NCBI GenBank assembly: GCA_048213135.1
Contig: PS015009.1
Coordinates: 682,001-746,000 of the forward strand
Length of the DNA stretch: 64,000 nucleotides
Direction: 5' to 3'
Origin: Reclinomonas americana ATCC 50394
Lineage: Eukaryota
The translations under genes and the position numbers were made by a program. Positions 10,787-21,350 of the stretch are shown in pieces (the first letter of the stretch is position 1; each line of letters opens with the position of its first letter). The notes beneath the pieces were generated by a model. It was not told the origin of the DNA. It did not search any database and saw only the letters and a program-made list of their open reading frames with translations.

Positions 10787-12385
10787 TTACAGGATAATGT
10801 TTTGCGGCCTTTCACTCTTACCGGGGTAATCGGTATTATAATGCAGCCCCCGGCTTTCCTGCCTGAACTGCGCACATTTTACAATAAGATAGGCCACGGT
10901 GATCATATTCCGCAGTTCACACAGCTGTGGCGACACGGCAGTACGCTGGTAAAGCGCCTGCGTTTCTTCATGCAAAAGGTCGAGACGTTTCATGGCCCGG
11001 TTCAGCCTTTCGTTGTTGCGTACAATGCCTACATAATCGCTCATCAGCAACTTCAGTTCCTTTACACTCTGCGTGATCAGGATCATTTCTTTGGGCGCAT
11101 TGGTGCCATCGGCTTTCCAGTCGGGGATATCAGCACGGAATGCTATTGCTTCGATATGCTGTACGGCATCGAGGTAGCTGCGGTGCGCAAACACCATGGC
11201 TTCGAGTAAGGAGTTACTGGCCAGGCGGTTGGCGCCATGCAAACCGGTGGAAGCGCATTCTCCTGCAGCATACAGGTGTTTTACGGAAGTCCTTCCCCAA
11301 TCGTCTGTTTTAATACCGCCGCAACTGTAGTGTGCCGCGGGAGCAACAGGTATCATGGTTGTGGTAATGTCGATGCCTATGCTCATGCACTTCTCATAAA
11401 TATTGGGGAAGTGCTCAATGAATTTTTCTTTACTGAAGTGCCGGCAATCGAGGTATACATGTTCGGTACCGCTGATCTTCATTTCATTGTCGATAGCGCG
11501 GGCCACAATATCTCGGGGCGCCAGGTCTTTACGTTCATCGTACCGTTCCATAAAAGCCTCTCCGGCATGATTGCGGAGAATACCGCCGTCGCCGCGTACG
11601 GCTTCGGTAATGAGAAAACTTTGCCCCCTTACGCCGGGCTCGTACAAAGCGGTGGGGTGGAACTGGATGAACTCCATGTTCTCTATCCTTCCTTTAGCCC
11701 GGTACAACATGGCTACACCATCACCGGTCGCGATGGCGGGGTTGGTGGTGCTGCGGTATACCTGCCCGTTGCCACCGGTAGCCATCAGCGTGATCTTGGC
11801 GTTTATCCTTTCAATTTTGTTGGTGGCCAGGTTCAGCACGTATACGCCGTAACATTCTATATCCTGGGTTGACTTGGTAACCAGGTATCCCAAATGATGC
11901 TGGGTGATGATGTCGAGCACAAAACAATGACTCACCAGCTGAATATTGGATGTTTTAGCGATGGCGGCCAGCAGGGCTCGTTCCATTTCCTTACCGGTTA
12001 CATCTTTATGGTGCAGTATCCTGAATTCGCTGTGTCCGCCTTCGCGGCCGAGTGCGAAATCACCATCTTTATCTTTATCGAAATTGGCGCCCCATTCAAT
12101 GATCTCCCTGATCCTTTCCACCCCTTCCTTCACCACAATCTCCACCACGTGGGGATTGCAGAGGCCGTCGCCGGCAACCAGGGTATCTTCTATATGTTTG
12201 TCGAAACTGTCTTTATCGAAATCCATTACACCGGCAATACCACCCTGGGCATACTTGGTATTGGTTTCGTCGCTTTGTGTTTTGGTGAGAATGGTAATGG
12301 TCTTATCCGGGCAGGCCTGCGCCACTTTCAAAGCGTAGGTAAGTCCCGCGATACCACTGCCGATAACAAGGAAGTCTGTCTGCAT
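10787..12385 (-). CDS. nadB: L-aspartate oxidase
   Basis: IGSGIAG, AQGGIA, EGGHS, QFHPT, GLHGANRLASNSLLE, ESRGLH. Confidence 0.96.
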   Translation of the reverse strand: MQTDFLVIGSGIAGLTYALKVAQACPDKTITILTKTQSDETNTKYAQGGIAGVMDFDKDSFDKHIEDTLVAGDGLCNPHVVEIVVKEGVERIREIIEWGANFDKDKDGDFALGREGGHSEFRILHHKDVTGKEMERALLAAIAKTSNIQLVSHCFVLDIITQHHLGYLVTKSTQDIECYGVYVLNLATNKIERINAKITLMATGGNGQVYRSTTNPAIATGDGVAMLYRAKGRIENMEFIQFHPTALYEPGVRGQSFLITEAVRGDGGILRNHAGEAFMERYDERKDLAPRDIVARAIDNEMKISGTEHVYLDCRHFSKEKFIEHFPNIYEKCMSIGIDITTTMIPVAPAAHYSCGGIKTDDWGRTSVKHLYAAGECASTGLHGANRLASNSLLEAMVFAHRSYLDAVQHIEAIAFRADIPDWKADGTNAPKEMILITQSVKELKLLMSDYVGIVRNNERLNRAMKRLDLLHEETQALYQRTAVSPQLCELRNMITVAYLIVKCAQFRQESRGLHYNTDYPGKSERPQNIIL

Positions 12386-12441
12386 ATGTTTGATTGGCGC
12401 CGCAAGTAAGGCGGCTGCAAAACTGCGTTTATACGTAAGGT

Positions 12442-14424
12442 TTATACCGTTTGCAATTCAACCCAGGCCTCATTTTCCTTTAACAGGTTGATGAGTTCGT
12501 CCACCGCCACAGCGCTGTCGATATTGCGTTTTACCACTTCTTTTCCTTTGTACAGGGTGATCTTTCCCACGCCGCTGCCAACATATCCAAAATCGGCATC
12601 GGCCATTTCGCCGGGGCCGTTAACGATACAGCCCATAATGGCGATCTTTACGCCTTTCAGGTGGTTGGTTACGGCCCTTATTCTTGCCGTGGTTTCCTGC
12701 AGGTCAAATAAAGTACGTCCGCAACTCGGACAACTGATATACTCTGTTTTGGAAATGCGTGTACGTGTGGCCTGCAAAATACCGAAGGCGATGGAATGCA
12801 ACAGGGCTGCCGGCGTGGTTACCGACGCGTTGGAAAAATGATAGCCAAAGCATACACCGTCGCCGAAACCATCAAGCAGCAATCCGCCGGTTTCAACGGC
12901 ATAATGGATAAGGCTTTCGTCAGTATGCGCATGATTACTGTCGCAGATGACAATAGCCGGGGCCGTGATCCCTTTTTCTTCCAGTTCCACAAACATCCTG
13001 CGAATGCTTTGCAGGGCATTGGTATTGGTTGAACTCAGTGCCAGTACTACGGTGGCGTCATTTTTTATTTTATCGAAGAATGTGTCCGGTCCCTGGTCGG
13101 GGTATCCAGCGGAATAACAATCCACCATCACAAAATTCTGCACCGCGGATCGCTGAACACCATCATTGATATATTGCTGCGCATCAAACAGCGGAACATA
13201 TTTTTCCTTGTCTGCCGCGTTTACCCAGGCATTGTGGTACTGCAGTACTTTGACAGTGCCGGGGAGGGCAAAATCCAGTTCCTGGTTACCGGTGAAAATA
13301 TAATCGGCCGCCGCATCGGCGATATGCCATTTATCCATGGCCTCATCATAAGAATAACCGATCTCCTGCAGGTGCGCAGGTGTGATATGCTGTATTTTAC
13401 TGAGGTCAGCCACCACTACAGGCACGTGTTTGCCGCCTACATTGGTGACTTCACGGGTCTCTCTTCTTTTATAATCAAATGGTGAGTAAGGCAGTTTGCC
13501 GGGATCGGGAACATCAGTACTGGTAGCAGCACGTTCAGTATATCTTTTCACGATATCGCGGCATACCGGTATTTCCAGCTCCGGGTCTTCGGTGAGTGAA
13601 ACGCGGATGGTATCGCCGATGCCGTCTTCGAGCAGTGTGCCAATACCAATGGCGCTTTTGATCCTCCCGTCTTCGCCATCGCCTGCTTCTGTAACGCCGA
13701 GGTGCAGCGGATAACATTCGCCGAATTCGTCCATCATATGATTGATGAGCAAACGATAGGCCTGTACCATCACCTGCGGGTTACTGCTCTTCATGCTCAG
13801 TATGATCTGGTGATAATCGAGGCTGCGGGCGATGCGCAGGAATTCCATAGCGCTTTCCACCATACCCATGGCGGTATCGCCGTAGCGGCTCATGATCCTG
13901 TCGCTGAGGCTGCCGTGGTTGGTACCGATGCGCATAGCAGTTCCATGTTCTTTGCAGATGAGTACTAGTGGCGTGAACCTCTCTCTTATCCGCTCAATCT
14001 CTTCCGCGTATTCCGCATCGGTATATTCTATCTGTTCAAATTTTTTCTTGTCAACATAATTGCCGGGGTTCACCCTTACTTTTTCCACTATTCTTGCGGC
14101 GATCTCGGCGGCGTTGGGCGTAAAGTGAATGTCGGCTACCAGCGGCGTGGTATACCCTCTCCTGCGCAGTTCATCTTTAATGTGCTGCAGGTTCTCCGCT
14201 TCTTTTTTCGACGGTGCCGTTATCCTCACCAGTTCCGCCCCGGCCTCAATACAGCGGATGGTTTGTTCCACCGTAGCCAGGGTATCCATGGTATCGGTGG
14301 TGGTCATGGTCTGTACCCTTACCGGGTGGCCATTGCCGAGCAAAAGGTCACCGATCTTCACTTCCCGGGTAGGGAGGCGCTTATAGGTGGTGAGGGATTC
14401 ACAATACAACTGCATATACATCAA
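12442..14424 (-). CDS. ispG: HMBPP synthase IspG, long form with insertion
   Basis: VQTMTTT, VADIHF, RVNPGN, HLGVTEAG, SCPSCGR, MGCIVNGPGE. Confidence 0.97.
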   Translation of the reverse strand: MMYMQLYCESLTTYKRLPTREVKIGDLLLGNGHPVRVQTMTTTDTMDTLATVEQTIRCIEAGAELVRITAPSKKEAENLQHIKDELRRRGYTTPLVADIHFTPNAAEIAARIVEKVRVNPGNYVDKKKFEQIEYTDAEYAEEIERIRERFTPLVLICKEHGTAMRIGTNHGSLSDRIMSRYGDTAMGMVESAMEFLRIARSLDYHQIILSMKSSNPQVMVQAYRLLINHMMDEFGECYPLHLGVTEAGDGEDGRIKSAIGIGTLLEDGIGDTIRVSLTEDPELEIPVCRDIVKRYTERAATSTDVPDPGKLPYSPFDYKRRETREVTNVGGKHVPVVVADLSKIQHITPAHLQEIGYSYDEAMDKWHIADAAADYIFTGNQELDFALPGTVKVLQYHNAWVNAADKEKYVPLFDAQQYINDGVQRSAVQNFVMVDCYSAGYPDQGPDTFFDKIKNDATVVLALSSTNTNALQSIRRMFVELEEKGITAPAIVICDSNHAHTDESLIHYAVETGGLLLDGFGDGVCFGYHFSNASVTTPAALLHSIAFGILQATRTRISKTEYISCPSCGRTLFDLQETTARIRAVTNHLKGVKIAIMGCIVNGPGEMADADFGYVGSGVGKITLYKGKEVVKRNIDSAVAVDELINLLKENEAWVELQTV

Positions 14425-14601
14425 AATGAAGTGTAAAAATAACGAAAATGAAGCAGATGCGGATTATCGAAGAAGCTGACCGGTTGACGATTTACGATTG
14501 GTCATTCACTTATTACCAGGCTGTTTTCCGTAATAAAATCAGGGAACAGTAGGTCTCTCCATCCATTGGTTCATTTGCATGTCTGCAAATTTTCAAATTG
14601 A

Positions 14602-16287
14602 TTACCAGTCTTTATCCGGTTTTGATGCCGACCCGGTATTGAGGCGCTTCATTTTGTCCTGCAGGTTCTTTTCTTCCTGTAACAGGGCTTTCAGTTTTTC
14701 CTCGGCGTCCTGTTTGGATATTTTTGAGGGAGAAGGTTTTTGTTGCTGCTGATCCTGTTCCTGCTGTTTCTTCTGCTGGTCTTTTTGCTGCTGGTCTTTC
14801 TTTTTCTGATCCTGCTTATCGTTCTTGTTGTCTTTCTTTTGCTGCTGTTGCTGTTGTATGAGGGCCTTTTGCAGGTTTTGCCTGGCATCTTCATCCTGCG
14901 GGTTCAGCTTCAGCGCCTGTTTGTACGCCTCAATACATTCGGGTATCTTTTTATTGTTTTGCAGTACCACACCTTTATTATACAATGCCCTTGATTTGCC
15001 GGCAGCGGAACCTTCATACTTCGCCGCGTTATCATAAGCCAGCACCGATTCATCGGGCTTGCTGTTGCGGTAAAGGGCATTGCCCAGGTTGTATTGCGCT
15101 GTGCTGTTGGACTCTGTTTTAGCTGTTACTTTCCTGTAATTATCTGCTGCGGCCTGGTATTCTTTTTTTGAATACGCATCGTTGCCCTGTTTGATGATCT
15201 TTTTGTCACCCTGTGCCTGCCCCAGGAAAGGCAGCAGTATAAGAGCCAACGCAGCAGTAGGTTTCAGCTTGTTTTGTAAAGACCGGGCTGCTATTTTCCG
15301 GCGTTCGCTTACCAGTATTTCCAGCACTAACAATACCAGGGCGATACCCAGCAGCCAGGGGAAATAACTGTAGTAGTTCATGAGTGAATCTTCTGTAACC
15401 GTACGCTGATCCATACTGTTGAGTTGTGCTTCCAGCCGGGTCACCACATCATCGGTATTGCCAAGCAACTGGTAAAGACCGTTGCCTTTTTCGGCTACGC
15501 CCATCAGTTCTTTTTCGTTCAGTTTAGTAATAACCACGTTACCATCTTTATCCCTTTTAGCCTCATTGGTCAGTTCATCGGTAATGGTAGTGCCTTCAGG
15601 CGATCCTACACCGATGGTATTGATGATGATGCCTTCATCCGCCATTTGCCCGGCTACTGTGAAAGCGCCTTCATCGTGGTCTTCCCCATCGCTGATGAGT
15701 ATGACGGCCTTATATTTTTTTTCTTTGGCGTTAAACGCGGCAAAACTCATTTTGAGGGCGTCGCCCAGTACGGTGCCCTGCGTGGGTACGGCATCAGGCG
15801 AGGCGGAAGACAGGTACATTTTCGCGGCGCTGTGATCGCCGGTCAGCGGCATTTGCAGGTACGCTTTGCCGGCAAATACCACCAGCCCTATCCTGTCGTT
15901 GGAAAGTTTATCGATCAGCCGGGCCACCACCTGTTTGGCTTTTTCCAGCCGGGAGGGCTGTACGTCACGGGCCAGCATGCTTTTGCTTACATCCAGCACG
16001 ATCATCACATCAATACCGTTGCGGCTTATTTTTTCGCTGCCAGATGGGGTACGGGGATTGGCAAAGGCCAGCACCCCGGCGGCAAAAGCCAGCAGCACCA
16101 GCACAAATTTCCAGGCGTAACGTTGCGGGGAATAATAACGGGTGATCTCTTTAACCAGTCTTTCATCGCCGATCTTTTTCGCCGTTTTCCTTTTCCAGCG
16201 TAATACCAGGAAAAACAGCAGTAACAGCACGGGAATGAGCGCCCCGGCCAACAGGAATTCGATATGCTGAAAACGGTAATTCATCAA
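14602..16287 (-). CDS. VWA + TPR protein (BatB/BatC-like fusion)
   Basis: DVSKSM MIDAS, ISDGEDH, TM segment, TPRs (YNLGNALY), Q/K-rich linker, C-terminal DKDW. Confidence 0.85.
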   Translation of the reverse strand: MMNYRFQHIEFLLAGALIPVLLLLFFLVLRWKRKTAKKIGDERLVKEITRYYSPQRYAWKFVLVLLAFAAGVLAFANPRTPSGSEKISRNGIDVMIVLDVSKSMLARDVQPSRLEKAKQVVARLIDKLSNDRIGLVVFAGKAYLQMPLTGDHSAAKMYLSSASPDAVPTQGTVLGDALKMSFAAFNAKEKKYKAVILISDGEDHDEGAFTVAGQMADEGIIINTIGVGSPEGTTITDELTNEAKRDKDGNVVITKLNEKELMGVAEKGNGLYQLLGNTDDVVTRLEAQLNSMDQRTVTEDSLMNYYSYFPWLLGIALVLLVLEILVSERRKIAARSLQNKLKPTAALALILLPFLGQAQGDKKIIKQGNDAYSKKEYQAAADNYRKVTAKTESNSTAQYNLGNALYRNSKPDESVLAYDNAAKYEGSAAGKSRALYNKGVVLQNNKKIPECIEAYKQALKLNPQDEDARQNLQKALIQQQQQQKKDNKNDKQDQKKKDQQQKDQQKKQQEQDQQQQKPSPSKISKQDAEEKLKALLQEEKNLQDKMKRLNTGSASKPDKDW

Positions 16288-16344
16288 TGCGGCAAATTAG
16301 CCATCCCGGGCAGATTGAAATTGTTAAATTACAGGAACGCTTTA

Positions 16345-17166
16345 TTATTTCTTTCCTTCAAAAAAGCCGAGGTGTTTGAGGATGCCTTTGGTGATATCCA
16401 TACGCACTTTATTGATATCTGTATTGGCATCCGGCGCTTTTACAAAGGTGACAAAGAAATATACATGGCGGTTCTCCTCTATCCAGCCCACTACCCAGCC
16501 AATACCATGCCCGTTTTCGTCGTCGCCCCAGCCGGTTTTGTAACTGAGCTTGTAAGCGGTATTGTTTTCCTGCAGCATAACGTCACGCACCATTTGCTGA
16601 ACGCTTTTACGGAAAGGCAACTGGTCGAAGTAGAGTTTCTTCATGAGGCCCAGTTGTTCGTCGGGAGAAATTTTAAGTTTATTGTTGAGCCAGAAAGAGT
16701 CGATGGGGCCATCCATATTCATATTGCCATATGACAGGGTGTCGATCCACCTGCGCATGGTGTCGCGGCCGATGCGCCTGGCCACTTCCTGGTAATAAGG
16801 TACGCAGCTCACCTGGAAGGCTTCTTTCATGCCCATATCCTTGTTCCAGAATTCAACGGGGCGTTTTACACCATCCCATTTGATCGTCATGGTATCGTTG
16901 GTGATTACACCTGTCTGCAGACCAATAAGCGAGTTCACCACCTTGAACGTGGAAGCCGGTGAAAAACGCATGGTATCCAGGCCCATGTTGTATACCCTTA
17001 CTGAGCCGTCGGTATTGTCGAGCATGGTAAAACAGCCGTCTACCTTATTGGCATCGAAATACTGTTTCAGGTCATTGTCTATTTTGGCTTTGTTTACCGA
17101 ACAGGAAGCCAATACAAAGGAAAGGACTGCCAGTACAGGGAATAGGTAATTTTTTTTCATTGACAC
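16345..17166 (-). CDS. Class D beta-lactamase / penicillin-binding family lipoprotein
   Basis: PASTFK (SxxK), SCV, YGN, FWL and KTG motifs; lipobox LASC. Confidence 0.88.
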   Translation of the reverse strand: MSMKKNYLFPVLAVLSFVLASCSVNKAKIDNDLKQYFDANKVDGCFTMLDNTDGSVRVYNMGLDTMRFSPASTFKVVNSLIGLQTGVITNDTMTIKWDGVKRPVEFWNKDMGMKEAFQVSCVPYYQEVARRIGRDTMRRWIDTLSYGNMNMDGPIDSFWLNNKLKISPDEQLGLMKKLYFDQLPFRKSVQQMVRDVMLQENNTAYKLSYKTGWGDDENGHGIGWVVGWIEENRHVYFFVTFVKAPDANTDINKVRMDITKGILKHLGFFEGKK

Positions 17167-17178
17167 AAGTTATAAAGA

Positions 17179-17760
17179 CTATCGTTTTTTCAGGTGTTGT
17201 GCGGTAGCTTCCAGGGCGGAATAAAAAGACTGTCCGAAACGCCTTACCAGCGCTTCTTTCAGGAAAACGTATACCGGCACTTTTAGTTTTTTACCGAGTG
17301 AGCAGGCGGCTTTACAGTTGTCTTCACGCGGTTCATAATTCACGTATACATTTTCGGTGTGCCTGCTTTCTTTAATGATCACGGGAAAAAGATGGCAGCT
17401 GATCGGTTTCTTCCATTTGATCTTTCCATCAAGGTAGGCCTGTTCGATGCCGCATTTTACTATTCCCTTTTCATCAACGATACCATATACGCATATCTTG
17501 CTCTCGATGGTGGGGGTTACCCAGCCAAACTCCTTGTCGTATACATAACGTCCCTGGCGGTTCAGTTCTTTAACGCTTTCCGCATTAAGATAAGGTTCCA
17601 CTTTATCGTACACCTCGTTGATCTTATCCAGTTCCTCTTTACGCAGCGGCGCGCCGGCGTCTCCGTCTACACAGCAGGCACCTTTGCATTTGGTGAGGTC
17701 GCATACAAATTGCTCGTTCAGCACCTCATCACTGACCAGTATATTGTCGATGGCGATCAT
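17179..17760 (-). CDS. DUF3109-like Cys-rich protein
   Basis: FVCDLTKCKGACCVDGDAGAPL, KPISCHLFP; start reassigned to ATG 17760. Confidence 0.85.
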   Translation of the reverse strand: MIAIDNILVSDEVLNEQFVCDLTKCKGACCVDGDAGAPLRKEELDKINEVYDKVEPYLNAESVKELNRQGRYVYDKEFGWVTPTIESKICVYGIVDEKGIVKCGIEQAYLDGKIKWKKPISCHLFPVIIKESRHTENVYVNYEPREDNCKAACSLGKKLKVPVYVFLKEALVRRFGQSFYSALEATAQHLKKR

Positions 17761-18076
17761 CCCGCAAAAATAGTAAACAATTGACAGTTCCCGCTTCTTA
17801 CTTAAGCAATGGTAGTGTCTCAGTTTGAAAACAGGCAAGCCCTCCCGCCAAGCCGTTAAGGCCACAAAGGGTTGCCGGTCAGAATATATACTTAGTGTTC
17901 TTCTTGTTTTTGTGGGAAATATATTCAAATTGAGACAGTATCTAAGCAGTGACCATTCACCAATCCGCACATCCGCACATTACCCGATTCTCACATTAAC
18001 CGTGTTTAACATATTTCTAACAGCATTTTTTATGGAGCCAGGCGGGCCTTTTCATCCCCGTTGAAAGCCAACTACC

Positions 18077-18752
18077 ATGCCTAACAGCCGATATACCACC
18101 CTCCGGCGCACTACAGGTTATTTTTTCGCCGCCCTGTTCTGGATACCCGTTACTTTTTTCAGCCTGCTGCTGGTTAAGAATACGCTGCCTTATTTTTCGT
18201 TCAGCAGCGATTTCGGGTTTATTGAAGAACGGGCCCTCCTGTTCCTGAAACCGGTGTACAAGTATAGCTTTTACCTGCACATTTTCGCGGGCATGTTCTG
18301 TATTGTGGCGGCGCTTACGCAGTTCTCTTCCTATATCCTGAAAAAGAGAAAGAACATCCATATCTGGATGGGTAAGGTATACGTGCTGGTGGTGCTGGTA
18401 CTGGGTGCCCCCACGGGGCTGTACATGAGTTTTTTCGCCAAGGGCAGTTTCTGGGAAAGGGCTTTGTTCATGTTTATGGCTGTGTACTGGTTCTTTACTA
18501 CGGCAAAGGGACTGCAAACCATCCGGCAAAAAAAATGTGCTGGCGCATAAGAACTGGATGATCCGCAGCTACAGCATGGCCATGACAGCCGTTACGTTCC
18601 GCATCTACCATATTTTCTTTTACTATTTCGGTATGGACCACCTGCACAATTACGAGATCTCGCTATGGATAAGTGTATTGGGCAATATGCTGGTAGCAGA
18701 GTACCTCATTTTCAGGAAGAGCCGTTCGTACCTGAGAACATTTGCTGTATAA
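18077..18752 (+). pseudogene. DUF2306-like membrane protein split by a +1 frameshift in an A8 tract (or an assembly error)
   Basis: Removing one A at 18528-18535 joins ORF 18077-18550 to ...NVLAHKNWMIRSY; HIWMGKVY and HxxWMIRSY motifs. Confidence 0.7.
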
Positions 18753-18782
18753 AACATCATTCACCAATAAACCCCACGCATC

Positions 18783-19277
18783 ATGAAAGCGATCATTTAC
18801 ACCGGCATCGGCCTTATTTCCGCCGCCGCCGTTTATGGCATGGCCGATTATTATGGCAGCAACCGCAATGGCAGCCTTAAAGCCCTTTACCACGAGCATG
18901 TAATTCCCGAAACGCCTGTGCAGCCACTCTACAGCGGATCGGTAGCGCAGTTATCCCTGATGGATGAGGATGAAATCGCGGAAGCGGTACCGGTATCTTC
19001 AACAGAAAAAAAGATAGTAAAGAAGAAACGCCCGGCGCCCCGGTTTGAAGATTTTTCAAGAACGGCGCTTGTTCCCGAAGAAGAAGTGATTACGATTGTG
19101 GCGCCCGAACCTGTTATTCACCAGCCTGAGTTAACGGCGTCAGAGATAAAGGAAAAAGAAACGGAAGCCGTACCGGCGCCTGTTGTGGTGGAAGAAAAAA
19201 AGATAGACCTGCGGATGTTTTCCCGGGCCAAACCCGTAGCCAGGAAGGTTAAAGTTTCGGAGCAGAAGAAAAATTAG
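18783..19277 (+). CDS. Hypothetical protein with N-terminal anchor
   Basis: 164-aa ORF with a hydrophobic N-terminus and a repeated FSR motif. Confidence 0.65.
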   Translation: MKAIIYTGIGLISAAAVYGMADYYGSNRNGSLKALYHEHVIPETPVQPLYSGSVAQLSLMDEDEIAEAVPVSSTEKKIVKKKRPAPRFEDFSRTALVPEEEVITIVAPEPVIHQPELTASEIKEKETEAVPAPVVVEEKKIDLRMFSRAKPVARKVKVSEQKKN

Positions 19278-19950
19278 TGGTGCGTGAAGCAGGATCGATC
19301 CAGCGGAAGGTATTGATCAGGTGATCAATGTCCTGCTGCAGGAAATCCTGCACAGGCCGCAGCGAATCCGCGTTGGGCGTGGCATCGAAATAAAGTGCCC
19401 CGCGGAGAAAATGTTTGGCGGTATCGCTGAGGAAGAACTGTTTGGCCGTGGCCGCGTTCCCTCCTACTTTAAAAAAGATACCGGTAATGCCGTTGGGCGT
19501 ACGCATAAGGCTATCGCGGATGGACGTGGCGATGGACTCATTCTTACTGGTGAGTTTGAACGCGTCGTTCACCATGCGGTCAAAAACATTGATGCCGAAG
19601 GAGTCTTTGTAAACACCATTGGATTGTTTGACCTTATACAATGCCCGGCTGCCTACCTGTTTGTAGCTCAGGAATATCCTGCCGCCAAAACCCGGGAAGT
19701 CGATATTATACCAGAACGGGCTTTCCGGGTCATTGTCGAAAAAAGTACTGTCCTTGATGATGCTGGCATACACCGGGTACTCGAATGTGTAAGGCACACC
19801 TTCCTTTTGAAATACCTGGTACCGGCGTTCGGGAAAGTCGATGCGGAAATAACCCCGCTTTTTAGAGGTATAGGTAGAATTGCAGGCAAACAGCAGGGCT
19901 GCGCCGGAAATAAGAAGTACTGAAAAAAGGATAATCCGTGGTTTGGGCAT
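19249..19950 (-). CDS. gldD: Gliding motility lipoprotein GldD
   Basis: Lipobox LFAC, GYFRIDFP, HFLRGALYF; adjacent to gldE. Confidence 0.9.
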   Translation of the reverse strand: MPKPRIILFSVLLISGAALLFACNSTYTSKKRGYFRIDFPERRYQVFQKEGVPYTFEYPVYASIIKDSTFFDNDPESPFWYNIDFPGFGGRIFLSYKQVGSRALYKVKQSNGVYKDSFGINVFDRMVNDAFKLTSKNESIATSIRDSLMRTPNGITGIFFKVGGNAATAKQFFLSDTAKHFLRGALYFDATPNADSLRPVQDFLQQDIDHLINTFRWIDPASRTTNFSSAPKL

Positions 19951-19962
19951 GAAATGATGATG

Positions 19963-21297
19963 TTACGCCACCTTCTGTTTGATGGTCACTTTTACTTTAT
20001 CGATCCTGTTCTTGCTGATCTCGAGAGCGCTGAAAACGAAGTCGCCGCTTTCCACCTCTTCATTGATCTGCGGGAATTCGCCGGCGATCTCCAGCACCAG
20101 CCCGGCGAGTGAATCACTGTCGCCGCGAACCTGGTCAAAAGTATCTGCAGACAATCCCATGGCCTTGCAGACATCATTGATCATGGTTTTGCCTTCAAAG
20201 ATATAATTGAAGTCGTCTATCTTTTTGTTAATACTTTCTTCATCGTCAAATTCGTCTTTGATATCGCCGATGATCTCTTCCATCACATCTTCCAGGGTAA
20301 CGATGCCGGAAGTGCCGCCAAACTCATCCACCACCACGGCAAAATGTATACGCCTGTTGCGGAATTCCTGCAGCAGGTCCTCAATGAGTTTTTGTTCGTG
20401 CACAAAATAAGCCTGTCGCATAAGTGGCCGCCAGTCGTACCCGGCGGGTTCGCCCAGGTGCGGCAGCAGGTCCTTGGTATGGATCATACCCACCACTTCG
20501 TCGAGGTTATTTTTGTATACCGGTAAACGGGAATAATGGAGGTCTTCCACACGGCGGATCATGTCAGAAAAGCTGGTGTCCTGTTCGATGCCACTTACGT
20601 CGAGGCGGGTGCGCATGATCTGTTTAACGGTGGTATCACCAAATTTGCGGATGCCTTTCAGTATCTGTTTTTCTTCGGTGGTGGCTTCGTGTTCGGGCAG
20701 CAGGTCGATGGCATAATCGAGATGGGTGCTGTCCATAGTGGAAGAATTTTCCGAAGAGAATTTCTTTTCCACTTTATCGCTCAGCCTCACCATTCTTTTG
20801 CTGAAGCGGTAAAAAATGCTGTTGAATATTTCCACCACCAGCGAGGCTGTGGCGGCAAACCATATTTTGTGGTGCGTGGCCCATACCTTGGGTAGTACTT
20901 CACCAAATAAAAGAAGCAGGAAGGTAACGGCTACCACCTTAATGAGGAACACCGACCAGAAACTGATATCCAGCCCGCCGATCCAGCTGTCGATAAGGAT
21001 GTTGGAAATAAGGATGATGCCGATGTTCACAAAACTGTTGGTAATGAGCATCGACGCCAGCAGCGTTTTGGGTTGCTCCAGCAGCGAGACGATGCGGCGG
21101 TAAGCAGGTTGCTTACGCGTTTTGAGAACGTTGATGTCTTTATAGGTCAGCGAAAAAAAAGCGACTTCAGAACCTGCGAGCAGGAATGACAGGATGAACA
21201 GCAGCACCACGATAAAAATAAGTACGGTGGTAGCCGCAGGCGTTATGGCCAATAAATGGAAACGGAAAAGTGAAGAGATGACCGAATGGTAGTCCAA
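19963..21297 (-). CDS. gldE: Gliding motility protein GldE (CNNM/CBS/CorC)
   Basis: SEVAFFSL, FGEVLPK, YSRLPVY, VVDEFGGTSGIVTLED. Confidence 0.92.
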   Translation of the reverse strand: MDYHSVISSLFRFHLLAITPAATTVLIFIVVLLFILSFLLAGSEVAFFSLTYKDINVLKTRKQPAYRRIVSLLEQPKTLLASMLITNSFVNIGIILISNILIDSWIGGLDISFWSVFLIKVVAVTFLLLLFGEVLPKVWATHHKIWFAATASLVVEIFNSIFYRFSKRMVRLSDKVEKKFSSENSSTMDSTHLDYAIDLLPEHEATTEEKQILKGIRKFGDTTVKQIMRTRLDVSGIEQDTSFSDMIRRVEDLHYSRLPVYKNNLDEVVGMIHTKDLLPHLGEPAGYDWRPLMRQAYFVHEQKLIEDLLQEFRNRRIHFAVVVDEFGGTSGIVTLEDVMEEIIGDIKDEFDDEESINKKIDDFNYIFEGKTMINDVCKAMGLSADTFDQVRGDSDSLAGLVLEIAGEFPQINEEVESGDFVFSALEISKNRIDKVKVTIKQKVA

Positions 21298-21350
21298 AAC
21301 AATTAGTTTTTATGAACAATGGCTGCCGTTGTGCCGGAGCTGTTAAATGA

